Numbered from the stretch's first letter, positions 39,801-53,792 are shown. The stretch is DNA of 64,000 nucleotides from Bilabrum cf. latius (GCA_965178125.1 OZ237752.1:682001-746000); one strand, 5' to 3'. Program-made: numbers and translations. Notes: generated from the letters alone by a model not told the origin.

Positions 39801-42800
39801 GCGGCTCTCCGATGAGACGAGCGAGCGCATCGAGAGCATCCTCGCCCTGCTGGCGGTGCTGGCCTCGGAGCCGCTCTGCCGGTCCGTCCTTATCGCCAGG
39901 TGCCTGGCCCTCGTCCCCCTTCTGATGAACATGATCAGGCTCCCGCTCGACCACGGTGTGAAGGCCGCCGTGCTGCGCATCTTGGCGGTGCTTGCTCGCG
40001 ACTTGAATCTTGTCCCTCAGCTGTGGGTCGCCATCGAGAAGCAGAACCTGCTAGGTGCCAAGCAGATGCGGTCAGGACAGGCCTCCGGAGACGTCGTTGC
40101 TGCGCTAACTGGGATCCGGTCGGAGTTCTACGGTCCCGAGCGCGATGACAATGACTATCGCGCTTCCACGGAGTTCTCGCGGCTGCTGCGAGCCCTGGTT
40201 GCACACCGTGAGGGTCTGAGAATCCCGGCGGCTCTCGGGGCCCCGAGCCCGTTTGCTGGGGCCTGGCCGTACGCTCGATTCACCGTAAGCGAAGTGCTCG
40301 CGACATTTCCGTCACGCGTGTTCGGCAACGAGATCGAGAAGTGGCAGTCGGTCTTCCCGGCTCTGGGCTTCGCATCTGACGTGCTGCGGCGGTATCGCGT
40401 GTGCAGCCCGTCTCCTCTGCAGCTGGCCTGCGACGAAGCCATTGCCACCGGTGCAGGTAGCGACGAGGCGGCGCTCGAGCCTCGGCGGGTTGGTGCCACC
40501 GGTGCATCCAGAGGCGCGGCACGAGGCAGGGACTCGCGCGGTCCGGTGTACCCTGAGTGGGCTGTCCGCTCGGCGTGCGCTAGGCTAGACGTAAAGGATG
40601 CCACCGAGCTCGTCGGCACCGTGACGGGCGACTTCTGCCCCGTGACGCACCAATCGTGGGCAAAGCGGCATTCACGATCCAGGGAATAGTGCCCGAAATC
40701 CATTGGGTACGAAGTGGCTTCGCAACTGCTCAGCAGCACGTCTGCTTTCAAGGCTGTCATCGCCGTGCTGCGCGGCGGGGCCGAGTCCACGGGGCGGTCC
40801 GGGGGAGGCGTCGCCATGGTTGGGGCCGATGCTACCTCCACTACCGCGGCAGCCGGTGTCCCCGATGGCATGGAGGGGGCAGCTGGGCTCGTTTCGCTGC
40901 GCCTGGAGGAGGCAGGCCCTTCCGTGGACATCCGCCACGCAGGTGCCGCGCCTGAACTGGCGAGCAAGGACGACATCGGGTAGGTGGAGAGCGAGACCCG
41001 CATGGAGTTCGGGGCGGGCGAGTCTTCGGACGGCACCGGCAGCCGTTCTAACCCTGCCCTGCAGCGTCTCGAGCAGGACGAGGAGATCTACGACAGAGAG
41101 CGCGTGAGGCAGGATGCCTTGGGCACGCCGGATGAGGACGAAGGGTGGTGGCGGGAACGTTGCGTGCTGTTGGCGCTGCAACTGCTCGAGCAGGCGACCC
41201 GAATCGACGTGGATTTCAAGGACGCATGCACCAGGACCAACTCGTCGACCGAGGCAGCCACGGTGGGCGAGCTCCTCGCAGCGGAGCACGAGGCACTCAG
41301 GCTCATTGCTGGGTACGTTAGCTACCCCTCATGGCTGGAACCGCGCATCTCAGCGTGCGCGCTGCAGCTGCTGGCACGGCTGGTCGTTGGCGAGGGCTCC
41401 CACATAGGTGCAGACATTGCTCTGGATCAGCTGCGAGGGGACGCGGGCTCGTTGCGGAGGGGCATCGCGTCCTGTATCGCCGAAGGGCTGGCAGGGTCAG
41501 AAGAGGCCGATTTGCAGCTGGCGCTAGAAGCAGAGCAGCAGTCCATGATGGAGCTGGGGGCGCAGAACGCTCAGGTGCTGCTCGCTGGATGCCTCGGCGA
41601 CCCGGACGACCCGCCTGGCGCGAGCGGTCTCGTCGATGCTGGCGTTGGTCACGGTACCGGGGTGGGCTTGTGGTCTGCGGATGCGGGTCGAAGTCTTTCG
41701 AACGGAGTGGGCGCGTTCCGGTCGGTGCCTCACGAGGCGAACAGGAGGGCACTGCTGGCTCGTCGTGACGCTGCCCTGTTTCTGGTGGCGAGGCTGCTGG
41801 GAGCTCCCAGGCAAGTGGCCCTGGGCGCATCGTTTGACAACTCGGGTGGGATGGACGAGGCAGGCATTGTGCGAGGCCGCGCTGAGCTGCGGGCTGACTT
41901 GGCGTGCTTGCTGCTGGGCATTCATGGCGGCGAGTCCTCGATGGATGCAGAGCTCACTGGCATTGCAGGGGGTGCGGGCGGCTCCATCCTGGGCTTCTAG
42001 GATCTCGCGGCGCAGCGGCTGCAGACTCGCGACATGCAAGAAGGTGCCCTGCCCAGCATACTCAACTTCCTACATCAGCCAGGCTACCTCGCGCAGCGGC
42101 CACAGACGGCGGAGCAGTGCCTATCAGTCCTCCTCGCACTCAGGCGGAGCCAGAGCCAGCACAGGGCGGTGGACCGGTTCATCGAGCAGTACAGGGTGGA
42201 AGCGGGCTTGAGGATGAAGGAACACACGGACGCATCCGCTGCGTTTGATGACGACTAGGACGAGCTTGAGCTCGATGCAGACGGTATGCGCACGGTGGCA
42301 CTGTACGCAGATGGGAGATTCTTCAGCGCCGCGCTTCTCGAGGCCTTGAGGCTGCCCCCTGCCGGTGCAGGTCCTAGCGCTGGGCTCGAGGAGCTTCGGA
42401 TTGCATCGCAGCGGTCTGTTGCATGGCGAGGATGCGTGACCCTGTGCCTTCAAGGGTGTGCCCTGGACCTCAGGTACCTGAGCCAGCCTATGCTTTCCAG
42501 GCAAAGGGACGTGCAGCGCCTGCTGCGTGGCTTGTTTACGGCCTCCAGTGGCAGTGGTCACAACCTGTTCATGCGGGCGTTCTAGATCGTGAATCTCAAG
42601 GCACCGCCCCCGCCAGAACCCCCAAAGACGTATCTCGTGGCTGCCTTGGAGGAGATCGAGGAGCTCTCCGATGCCAGCCATCTGAAGCAGCGTGCCGGTG
42701 CCTCCACTTTGCTGCAGCTGTACGACCGAAGAATCGCCAACTTGGTGCTGGATGCTTACGTGCAGGTGGCGTTACACCGCGACGATAGCTCTGATGGTGC

Positions 42801-45171
42801 GCTCATTTCGTCCTTTGCTGCAGATGGGGATCGGGGTGATGCTGAAGAAGGTGGGATGGGCGGCATTGGGGTGGACGGGGGAATAGCAGGGATGAACGGA
42901 CCCGCCCCCGAGGCTGCCTGGTACCTTGCAGAAGACGGGGCGCCTCCCTTACACTACAATCAGCTAGTGGCCATGAAGGGCACCAAGCACGCCATCGACT
43001 CGAGGCTGCGTAGGCAGCAGATGGCCCACCGCCGGCTTCACGGGGTCGGCGGCACCGGCCAGAGCCAATCGTCTCACCAGGCGCCTCGAGGAACTACCCC
43101 GCAGATGTTTGTTGCCATGGGGCTTACCGTGGTGCAGGATTCCAACAATCGCTTCATGTCGTTGTTGGCAGACTGCCAGCTGCTGCACGCGTGGCACGCA
43201 GTTTTGCTCACTTCATACAGCGTGCCCCTGTGCAGGCGCATCCTGCAGGTCACACCCGGGCGCGTAGAAGAAGGAATCAGGTCGCTACCTCTGGCCAGAC
43301 GCACCGTGAACTCGCTATGCGGGATGCTGCAGCAGCTCACTGGAGCCAAGGAGGTCATGTCTCCGGTGCTAGAGTACGCCGCATCGGCTGTGTTGACCTT
43401 GTGCGCAGGATTCCGAGCAGCTGCTCAGGACGAGCTGGTGATGCGTCGCGCAGCCTCGCGGCGGATTTCCAGAATGGACGCCAGCGGGGTCGCAGGTCTG
43501 ATGTCAAGAAACGAAGACAGCCTAGGGGGTGGCCCTGCCTCAGCCGCCACGCTCGCAAGCATGTCTCGCGATGAGGCGGCGAGAGCAGTGAGGGGAATCA
43601 CGCAGTTGCTGTGCGCCCCCTTGCGGCCTGGACAGGTGGACACGGGTGCGTCTGGCCCTGCTCGTGGCCAGCTGGCATGCGCCCTTTCCCACATCCTTCA
43701 GCACCTGCAAACCACGCGACCGAACGACGGTGGCTTTCGGGCACCGCTAGCTGGCGATGACCAGTCGTTGCTCGGGATAGAGGGCATGCGGGAAGCCGGA
43801 GAAGCCTTGCTGGGTCTGTCGTCAGCCGGTAGATCGACTCGCCGTGGGGCTGGAGACGATACAGATGGTGGTGGCGATTTTGGCTTTGGTGTAGGCGGCA
43901 ACGGCAGCAGGAGCAACGGCGGGGTTGCCCCTGGCGCTGTCGTGGATCGTGCCGTGATTGCCGCCGCCCGGGGCCACGGGGCAAGCACTGCGGAAGCTGG
44001 CATGCGCGCTGCCCAAGCGCTTGACGGGGCGGTGTCTGCCCTTGCTGACAGCGGAGATGCCTTGTGCATTCGTCTTGCGACCGATTGCCTTGAGGCCCCG
44101 GCCTACGTACCCGGTGAATACGATCGCGCTCCAGACGAGCTGTCGCCCCCGTTGCTCCGCAGCCGCGATGTGTACCTGCATTCGCTTGGCGTAGTGATGC
44201 GCTTTGGAGCCGCGGCCGGAGGTGTGGCGAGGTGGTGCGCTGAACTCGTGCGGCTTGGCATGCCTGCCCAGCTTGTGGAATCGATGCGGACGCTCGACAC
44301 GCTCGAAAGTGGCTTGAGGAAGAGGCTGGCGAGAGCAGGCCACGAGTCATAGCGAGGTGCAGGGCAGCCGTCGGCACAGCGTCGGCGTGTGGACCTTCTG
44401 GAGATTGAGCCCGCTGGCGGTGCTACTGACATGGATGATCTCGATGACGAGGATGACCGCGATGAGCTGATCCGGCAGCACGAGCACATCGCAACCTGCC
44501 TCGATTCCACCATGTGGCTTGCGAGCGAGCTCGCCGCGATCTCGCGCGGGATGGCCAACCAGCTGCTCGAGGCGGATGCACTGGGATGCATCTCGAAAGA
44601 GTCCGCCTGGATGGCGCGTGCGGACCAGATGTCGCTCAGCAGGAGCCTCTTCGATGACGTAGATGCAACCAGCGGCACCGGACAGACCGTGTACAGGATA
44701 CGGACGAGCACGGCAGGTAGGCTGATCTCGCTCCTGCGTCTTGCCGTCTCAATGCTAAGGGCTGGCTAGGGATCCCAGACAGCTGCTCAGCAAGTGGTGC
44801 AGGTTCTCATGCGGCACCAGCAGACCGTGCGGTTCGTCTACTCTGAGCTGGTTGAATCCATGAGGCTGCTAGAAGAGGAGATCGCTGGCGAGGCGTCTGG
44901 TCGAAGAGGGGGCTAGCCTGCTGTGGCTGGAATGGGAAGGGGGCGGGAGTCAAGCAAGTCGCAGCAAGCAGTGGTGGCTGGGCAGCTCCTGTCTTTGGTG
45001 GTAGGCATGACCCTTCGGGCACTCGACATTCGAGAGCTTGCCAAGGCGGCCAGGGTCGTGGCTGGGTCTGAGAGGGATGCTGGGAATGACGGTAAGGCGT
45101 GGGCGGAGCGCACATTGGACCAGGTGCTCCTGTCTATTCTCGGGAGGTCCCTGTACACCCCGGCAAGGTGA
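36852..45171 (+). CDS. NUP205: Nuclear pore scaffold protein Nup205/Nup192; exons 36852-37021, 37163-37466, 37564-38640, 38818-45171
   Basis: Recognisable Nup205-like blocks: GIRSEFYGPERDDNDYRASTEFSRLLRALV, WPYARFTVSEVLATFPSRVFGNEIEKWQ...DVLRRY, PKSIGYEVASQLLSST, AAQQVVQVLMRHQQTV. Three phase-compatible GT-AG introns and about 14 in-frame TAG. The terminal TGA overlaps a GTGAGT, so a short extra exon is possible. Confidence 0.8.
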
Positions 45172-45399
45172 GTGAGCCTGCGGGCAGTCGGCTGAACGGT
45201 CTCAGTTGAGCCATTGATATACCTGCTTGCTTGACCTCTGGTCAGTGGCCACATTTAGCGTATTCATAGGTTGTAGCACTATTTCCGAGCCCCAAACAAG
45301 AATCAGGCACCCTTGGCACTCCTTCAAAGATCGAATCTGAGTTTTCAGCCCAGTGGATCATCCCTAGATCCAAGATGGGTGGGTGCATTTCTAGCCTAG

Positions 45400-48300
45400 T
45401 TACACAAGGTGCGGGGTGCCCGGCAAGTCATGCTTACTGTTCCACTGCTCACTTGCACTGCCATCGATGTCCCGGACACCGCTGCTGCGGAGAGCGGCAG
45501 GCAATGAGCCGTTGGTTCCACCTGAGCTCTCGATGCTTGCCGCGTCTGGACTCGCAGAAGGCACATCGGTGGGTTCTTGAACGTTGTCAGGTTCAGTTCC
45601 CGCAGCAAGCATGCTCGCTGTCTGCGCCTTGGTGCCAACGAGCTCTGATTCAGTCGCGTCGTGCTGGCCGCTCCAGGTGGCTGGCGTGCGCCTCTGGACC
45701 CGAGGACCAGCGGGTGCTTTGCCTGCCTTGGTATCTGCGTAGGTGGTCGAGGCAGACTCACCGGCAAGATCCGATCTGCCCGCAGATTGTCTCCCAAAGT
45801 GGCCGACCCTGGTTGGCCTGCCGCCCAGTCCTGCCGAAGCCATAGACGGTATCCCCGTGTTCGATCGGGGAAGGGGACCGCTGCCTCTGTGAGCCCCAGC
45901 GGTTGCACGGAGCTTGGGAGGAGGATGTAGCGCGGTAGGTGGCAGAACCTGGCTTTCGAGTTGGATCACCTTCCCCCTTCCTCGCAGCATGTCCTCGATC
46001 GTCGCGAAGGCCGGCAGGCTTGCAGACACGTCAAGCGATTCTGGCAGCCTGTGGGCCTGCTGTGATAGGCGGCTCATGCGATTGCGGGCCGCACGATTGA
46101 AAGGAACCTTCCTCATCCAACTTCCATACGACTGCTTCGGAGGCTTGGGCGACAGCACGTACATCATGTCGCTGTCAGCAAGAACGGTAGCCTTGTCAGG
46201 GTTGCAAAACACGTACGGTGCGGACTTTTGCGCTGACGAGGCCTGCTTTGCATGCTGTTCTCCAGCGGAGCTCGAGTTAAACTGCTTGAAGCCGGACGTA
46301 GCGAAGCTTTTTCCTGTGGTAGGGCTATCCAACAAGTCAGCGCGGCTGCCCCTCGGCAGCTCAACATCGCTGTCGCTGCTGCTCGCGCCGTCCTCGTCGC
46401 TCGAATCCATGTATGCGTACTACTAGTACGCATTGCCTGCTCGCTGCGCTGCACCTGCCTCTGAGTATGTAGCTGCATCTCCGTTGGAGTCCTTGTCACC
46501 AGTATCGACCCGCTCTGGACAACTCCGGCGGAGGCCAAAAGCGAGCATATCATGCTGTGCCAGCATCTTCCTCCAGACTACGCCGTACTTGCGGCCAACC
46601 CACGCATCTGGGACCGGAATGAGGTACATTTTAGCGTTGCGCACCCTCGTGATCTGCTCGCGCTACCCCTTGGACCAGGATCGCAGCTGGCGGTCATCTC
46701 CACCAGCCACTAGGCTGTTTAGAATCGAGACAACGTACCGGTTGTAGAAGGCTTGGGACATGAGCACGTCCAGAAATGAGGGAGTAAAGCAGTGGCCCGC
46801 CACGAACGGGGCGCTCAGGAGCGTACCCGAGCTTCCATCCAATCCAGACGTGCTGAGAAACTGGATGTTGTCCTGCTGCGATATCTCCACGACAGCTTCC
46901 CGGTCCGGGACCAGATCGCGAATGAGTCTATAGGCGCAGATCACGTCGGAGTCTACGAGGTAGCCCCCGCTGGCAGAGGGACCCGCTTCTCCGCTTGGTG
47001 CCGCCGCTGGTCCTGCCGCAGCACCGCGTGCAGATGTGGTCCCGTCCGAGCGCGCGGGGGCACTTGACCCGACCCCTCGCCTGGAGGCCAGCAGCACCAC
47101 AGCCAGTGCTTCTTTCACGCCCGCGCGAAGCAGGTCGTGCTTCGCCATGGGAGATCCTCGGACAACGAACACGTCCTGAAACCTCGACGCCGGACCCCAG
47201 GTGTGCGACGGTATGGGCACGGGTGACATCACTACGATGGGCAGGTGGTCCACGAGGTGTGTCGCCCTCAGCGGCTTGACCAGGTGGTAGAGATTGCGGA
47301 CAGCGTCCGAGCATACAATAAGGATGTGATTCCGGATTGGCGGCCGCGCATTGCCGGGATTTGCAGCATTCTGTATCATCGCCCTCTCGAGCGGCCGGAC
47401 GATGTCGCTTCCGTCCGTGGTGTTCTCCAACAGCCGAAGCAGCGTCCTCTTCCGCTTGCGAGCGGCCTGCACCACGCGACGATGAAACTCGTCTGGGGAC
47501 TCTGCTTTCGAAATCGACTGATTGTTCAGAGGACCATCTTCCTCGGATGCGTAGGTAGCGCTGCTCTGCCGCGGCAAGACCTCCGACAGTCGGCTGTGCC
47601 GTGGCCCCTCAGGTGCAGCAGCAGAGAGCGAGCGCGGCATGCTGCGGCCTTGCTCCGCGTCTCTATTCTTCGGACTATTCCCCGTCTCGCCGGCTGCCTG
47701 GTTGTGCTTGGCCAAGCGCCTGGCCCGCCGGTCTTCCTTGAGCTTCTTGCGGGCGTGCTGCACCTGGGACTTGGCCAGGCGGAGCTTGTGGTGCAGCTTG
47801 AGCTCAACTGCAGGAGCAGGACCGCCCCCACCACTTTTGCCCCTTGGTTTTCGATTTTCTCCGTGTATCCAGTCGCGCAGAGCAGTTTTGAACGCCTCGT
47901 CTGATCCAGGCGTCGCTGGCGTTGTGCCGGGAGTGCCTGGCTGGGACGTCCCGCCGGCCACGGGACTGGAACTGGATCCATCGGCTTTGGCCTGGGGCGT
48001 AGTGGGCGTTGGAAACAGGTCGGAAATACTCGCCTTCCTTCTCATCTTGCCTCTTGGGTTGCGCCCGCTCAGATGCTCGAGAGGCGCGATGGATGCAGCG
48101 ATGTCCGCCTCTCTCTTGTCCCTTGCCAAACAGTAGGCGTGTACCAGGACGTTCTAGCTGGCCGGAATGACCATACTGGTGGGACACACGGCCACGATGG
48201 GTTCATCTAATGATGCGTCCATGATATCGACCGCGAACAGTACCACGCCAGCCGTCTCTTCGTAGATGATGCGAGCCGCCGCGGAGAACGTACATCCCCC

Positions 48301-50675
48301 AAACACGCTCGACAGCGGCACGCGGTAGATCTCATACTCTCCTCCCTGCCTGTACTCGTTGGCCCATGCCTTCTCCGCCCCCTCTTCGACGTATCCAGGA
48401 GGAGGGATTCCCATGGCCCCATCGCCGTCTGCGATGGTAGACTTGGTGTCGCCGTCGTCCAACTCGTTCTCTCCGTTCTCGCCGCGGGACGACTCGAACG
48501 AGCCATCGTCGGATGCCACCAGGTTAAACAGCATGGGAATGATGCCGGGGCACAGGCAGCTCTTCGCCAGCAGGTTCAGCTTCATTTCTTGGACGCTGAT
48601 TGACAGGGACATGCTCGCCTTCTCGTTCATGCCTTCGAGGAGGGCCCGCCCGTCCTGATCCGCGCCCACCTGGCCGCCCATCGATCCGAGCTCATGCAGG
48701 GTACCATCCTGGCTATGGGTGCGGATTGCATGCATATCGAGCGAGGGCATGGAACCCATGCGCATGTCGGCCCCCGTAAATGGCTGCCGGCTCTGCGCTC
48801 TGCTTGGGGCCTCCGACTCCATGGTCGGGATGCGTCCGGCGGTCAGGGCAGGCAGCTGCTCGGCATCGCCTGCAGCCCTGGCCAGCGAGCTGATCGACGA
48901 CATGGCGGAGTGAAATAGAACCCTGTTCTCTGCTCGGATGAGCTGCGCACACACGAAAACGTCCCTTCGATTCACCTGGTACACGAACCGCTTCACCGCG
49001 AGGGCTCGAAGGATAGTACTCGAGTCTTCCGCGTCTGGGCTTGGGGCCCACTTGTTGCACATGAGAAAAATGCCTGCCGATTGGGAGGCGCAGGCTCGCA
49101 GGAGATCCGCGTGGGACATCACGTTCCCGTCCAGGTAGGTCACCCCGTTCCGGAACTTTGGGGAGTGGAGCAGCACCTGCAGCTCGGGGGATGGTGACCC
49201 TCGAGCGAGGACCACTGCGTGCCTCTCGTCGTCTCCGTGGTCGTCTGCGAATAGCTCCTCAAGGAAAGCCTTTAAACCAGTGCTGCCCAACCCGCTGATG
49301 GCACCGCAGACGATCACGTGCGGCACTGCGGCAGAGTGCATGTACTTTTGCCTGACGTACACGCTCTGCTTGGACAGCAGCGCAACCAGTCGGTTCGTCT
49401 CGCGGGGCACCTGAAGGAAGACAAACACTAGGGTGACGAGTACTATCATCCTTCCTAGCGTAGTAGCTGGCACAACGTCGCCGTACCCTACGGTAGTGAG
49501 CGTGATTGACACGAGATCTGCGAACAGGGCAGGATGAGGCGGGACGCACGAGGTGGGACTGGTGCTGGTCAGTGCTTGGGCTATTAGCCTACAATCCACA
49601 CTAGGGCCGGCATTGAGCCAGTTACTACGATAGTACACTTACAGAAAGCGTTGTGAATTTGCAGAGGATGAAAACCTCTGTCGTAGGCGTCGTCGTTCAG
49701 CCATGGCTCGTGAGACTCTGCAATCTGGAGAGCCGCCGCCGAAACAAAGGCAAGACTCAGAACCGTAGAAAAGATCACGAAGACCTGCTTTGATATTTCT
49801 GACTAGATGTACTATGACAAGCCCTCCAGCTTCAACACTCGGAGCGCACGCAGCCCCGCGAACGCACGGAGCAGCAGGGACCGTTGCTCCCAAGCGAGCA
49901 GCTTGAAGACAGGCAGCACCGACACTGCGTCGAGCAGCACATGCGGGCTCACGATCAACTCAAACGGTTTTCTCGATAGCATCAAATCAAGTACTAGAAA
50001 CGCTACGAATATGCCAGCGATCACTAGCTCCAACGCGAGCCAAACAACGAACGGCAACGAATCAACGGTCTTGGGGTATGATTCAGCGACGTACAGTGCG
50101 CAGCTCAGCAAGGAGAACAAAACACCCAAAAAATGCAGGCTACGTCCAGCACTAGATGTCAGAATCCACCGCCTAAACTGTTGCATCCATCCTAGCGATG
50201 ATTCGTCAGCTAGCTCCATCGCATCCAAGTCAAAGCTACCAAAGTAGCTCTCTTGGTCCCAGTCTACGCGTAGCGAGCGGCAGAATCTAGTGTACTGGGG
50301 TGGACAGCGAAGTTTTGGTTTGGTAAGGTCAATTTCCAGGTCTTACCTGGTGCATTGAAGTCTGGGAGCACTTGCAGCTGTGATCTGTGGTTGATTTTTA
50401 TGCCACCTGGCAACCCGTCTCGAGGAGTGAAATCCCTTTTGACGTTCGAGCTCCCAAGACGTGGAAGATTTCGGCTGCTGATAACTCGCCTGCTGCTCAT
50501 TTCGAGATGCGAAGTGAGCGCTTCGAGTCGCGAAATGCATAGCTTTACGTGTGACGAGTGAGTGCACAACGACGCAGCACACTGCACACACATACAGTGC
50601 CGTAGACTGAAGATACAGCCATGCAAGGGCAGAAGCAAGAGCGAATTTTCCGTTTTGCGCTAGCAGCAAGGGCAT
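45400..50675 (-). CDS. Calcium-activated BK/Slo-type potassium channel (6TM plus pore plus two RCK domains); intron 49518-49642, probable first intron near 50291-50346
   Basis: Splicing restores the pore HNAFYLVSITLTTVGYGDVVP. S4 is LRAFAGLRALRVLKL. RCK1 has HVIVCG...YLDGNVMSHADLLRA...EMKLNLLAKSCLCPG. RCK2 has NHILIVC...FVVRGSPMAKHDLLRAGV...PFVAGHCFTPSFLDVLMSQAFYN. Six in-frame TAG; stop TAA at 45402..45400. The first exon (possible S0 helix) is less certain. Confidence 0.88.
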
Positions 50676-50753
50676 GCTACGAGCATCAGCAAGCTAGATA
50701 AATAGAAGACTGGCCAAGACAGGGGGGCCGCGGCCCCTCAACGCCAGATCTGC

Positions 50754-52911
50754 TCAACGCCACTGCTAGCTGCCAAGGGGGGCAGAGGAAGACCCAGACC
50801 TCGCGGCTAAACCCCCAGCTCTCGCTGGTGCCCCCCCGCCGCGAGTGATGCTTGAAGCCATGCCAGCAGATGCACGCACTTGAGCAAACACCCCGATCCC
50901 CGCCCCCGCACCGCTAGGACCTGCACCGGCGTGCTGCTGCTCCTGCCGGCCAGCTCCACCCATTTGACCTGCCTGCGGCTGCTGCTGTGCGCTCGTCACA
51001 GGCATGGCTGACAGCCCCACCCCCAGCAGCGCCTCGGCCGCTAGTTGCGCATCGGCTGCGGTCCCACCCCTGCTGCTCAGCACGGGACTGGCACTCGTCA
51101 CACCGGGAGCGCTGGCCGCTTGGCTCGACGACGACGAGGCGGACGAGGATGCAGATGCCGATGCCGCCGGCTGGGGTGCCGACGACGCCTGGCTGCCGGT
51201 GGAAGCAGCGGTGTCCATGCCACTCGCTTGGTGTGACGAGTGCGCCTGGGTACCGTCAGCCCATTGGGCCGCCGACGCTGGAGCGCGCGCGCGTTTCTGG
51301 CCGATGGCGCTGGACTGCCCGGAGGGACCCCCTCGCTGTGCGACCTCCATCGGAGCAGTTGCTCGGGCTGCTTGGCCACCCGCGGGCATTTCTATGCTCG
51401 CTTTCTTTCTCGGGGGCTCGCCCGCCGCGGCGCTGCTCGCTCCCGTGGCCGCGGCGGAGCCACTCGCGTCGTGCCGCTTGGCTAGCCCTGCAAGGTCAGC
51501 TTCGGAATGCGCCCGCTTTTCCATGGTCCCTGCGGCTTTCACGGTTGCAAGCTGCCGGAATCTGTTCTCTGTGCTTGCTTGGGCCAAACCTCTTCTTGTT
51601 TCCGGTGGCAGGACCGACACGAGCCGCTTGTACGTCGTTTCTGTTTGAGTGAGCATTCGAAGCAGCCTGGGGTAGTGGGCGAATTCTTGCGGGTCAACCA
51701 TGCGCCGCATAAATTTACGCTTTGTCAAGAACCCCGTTCTCTTGTCATGTTTCTTGAGAATCTTGCCAAAGCCGCAATAGTTCATAACCGCAAAATTCTC
51801 CAGCATTATTAGCTGCATGTAGAACTCCACGGTTCGCCGCACCAGCTGCACAGTTTCTTCTTTCGGCACGGGAGTTTTCGATTTCTGCGCAATGTAGGGG
51901 AGGTATTTAGCCCGAGACGTAGCGATGCAGTCCACGATAGGTAGGATAGACTATGGAGAAACCTGGTTGCAGTTTGGGTGGAACAGAATGCAAAGAAGTG
52001 CTGCAAACAGCCGCAACAGGTTATCGCAAGTAAGATATTCTGTAGCATAAACTATCGGGCACCGAATGAAAGCAGGAGGGCCGGTCTCGAGGCCTTGACA
52101 AATCCCAGGTGCAAGCCGACCGGAAACGTCGCGCTGACAACGAGCTCCTACACAAACTACATACTGCTTACAGGCAGGCTCAAACAAGATCAATGCCACA
52201 AAATTCCAACTTACCTTTATTCTGTCGGCCTCTACCATCACGTCTTGATACTGGGAAGCCATACCGGACTCTTGCGATAAAAAGAACGCCGATACTTTGG
52301 TTAGCTCGGCACGCAGCTTTGTAAAGAAAGCAATTTCAGTCGGACTTTTAGCTGCACAAAAGAAAGATAGTAAGTATACTGAGCTGGCGACGATACCAGA
52401 AGATGGCTGCGACGGCAACCTCATGGTGCAGCCGGACAATCCGATGGTGCAACTGTTGCAGTTCGAAGCGGCAAGATGCTGCTTCACGCGATGGGCTCCG
52501 GTCGCAGTGGCAGTTATGCACTACAACAGGTCACTCGCTGTAATCAATGGGTCAAGTAGGCTACAGATTCCGGCGTGAATAGATTGTTTCGATAAAATGG
52601 ACGACACGAGACGAGTCTCGCGCTGTCCAGACACTCACCAAGGACCGCAGCAACATCTTCCTCGCTTGCAAGCTCAGGCCTGGCAGTTGGCCTCTCCTAT
52701 ATATCACCTAGAAGCTTTTTCAATCCCTGCGATTTAATGCAATTCACCGGCAATGAAACACACAATTCCTTCCGAGGTGCGGCCAGTTGCTGTTGCGTGA
52801 CTGCTTCAAAATACGCCAAAATAGCCATCGCACCTTATAATCAATCCAGTAATCGTTCCATGATGCGTCTCCTAATTCAGTAGTTCGCTGGAGCAGCTTG
52901 GCAAACTTCAT
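50754..52911 (-). CDS. Stand-alone SPX-domain protein (phosphate/inositol-pyrophosphate sensor); exons 52911-52834, 52726-52639, 52351-52215, 51884-50754
   Basis: Spliced translation: MKFAKLLQRTTELGDASWNDYWIDYK|GLKKLLGDI*ERP...A|KSPTEIAFFTKLRAELTKVSAFF...DRIK|KSK...LENFAVMNYCGFGKILKKHDK. All three SPX subdomains are present, followed by a low-complexity tail. TAG at 52699 and 50768; stop TGA at 50756..50754. Confidence 0.9.
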
Positions 52912-53669
52912 CTTAAGGCTTCGTGGGACCGAATCGCGAAGTGCAACTCCCGCAGAAAACGATGGGCTCGGTCTTCACGTGGTTGCGTTGTGTTTGGAGA
53001 TATCAGATTCAACATTTTGATTCCGAATATATGTAGCGTGCATTGAATAAAAAGTGTATTACTGGCGAAAGCTTGCAAACGCATCTCGACCTCGCAGAAG
53101 CTAAGGAAACGGTCATTTTTGCAGTGAGCCGGCAAAACTCGCTCTCATATGGATCTATTTGGGGATGATGATTTCGACGAAGGTGAGACAAGCACCTGTA
53201 AACCAGTGTGCAAACAAGCACCATAGGGCTGCAACTGCATCGCATCTAGTCCTGCATCTCGACAGCAGGGATTTCTGAGCCAAATCCTGTGGGATTATTA
53301 AGCATATTGTGTTTCTAAGTATAGTCTCTTGGCTGCAACTTACCATGCCTTGTCTTGCATAGAGGCGATATGCCTAGAATTTGGCCTCTTTGCAGTCGGT
53401 GGGAGCTAGTTTATGGACCGTGAAAGCCTAGAATCACTCTTTTGGGTAAATTTTATCACCTTTAACACTAGCAGGTGTAATATTTGGGATCAACTCCATC
53501 TACAAAGACCTCAGCCATAGCTCTACACCAGGACTGGTAAGTTGGGTCGCTGGCACAAGGATCCTCTCCTGTGGTGCCGTCTGACGTGCAATGACCAAAC
53601 ACTTCGGTGAAACAAGCCTTAGCATGTACGATAATCATAGAGTCCATTCAGTAAGCCCAAATTTCGCAG
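52912..53669. promoter_or_regulatory. AT-richer divergent intergenic region shared by the SPX and MYB genes
   Basis: Head-to-head arrangement. Contains a GARP-type AGATTC core at 53005-53010 and a probable intron (GTAAGT near 53537 to CGCAG at 53669) at the 5' end of the MYB gene. Confidence 0.4.
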
Positions 53670-53792
53670 CATGGTGGTGGGATCAACACATCAGAGCTGG
53701 AGCGCACTATTGATGCTGCTGGCGAGCACCAGTCTGAATTCGGCGCAGATCACCTGCGCGATGGAACCCTGACGCCCCCAGATGACCACGGA

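Noticed and set aside
52912-53669. Plant P1BS (GNATATNC) sites in the SPX/MYB spacer
   Set aside because: I saw only imperfect matches (e.g. GAATATAT, GCATATTG), no exact site.
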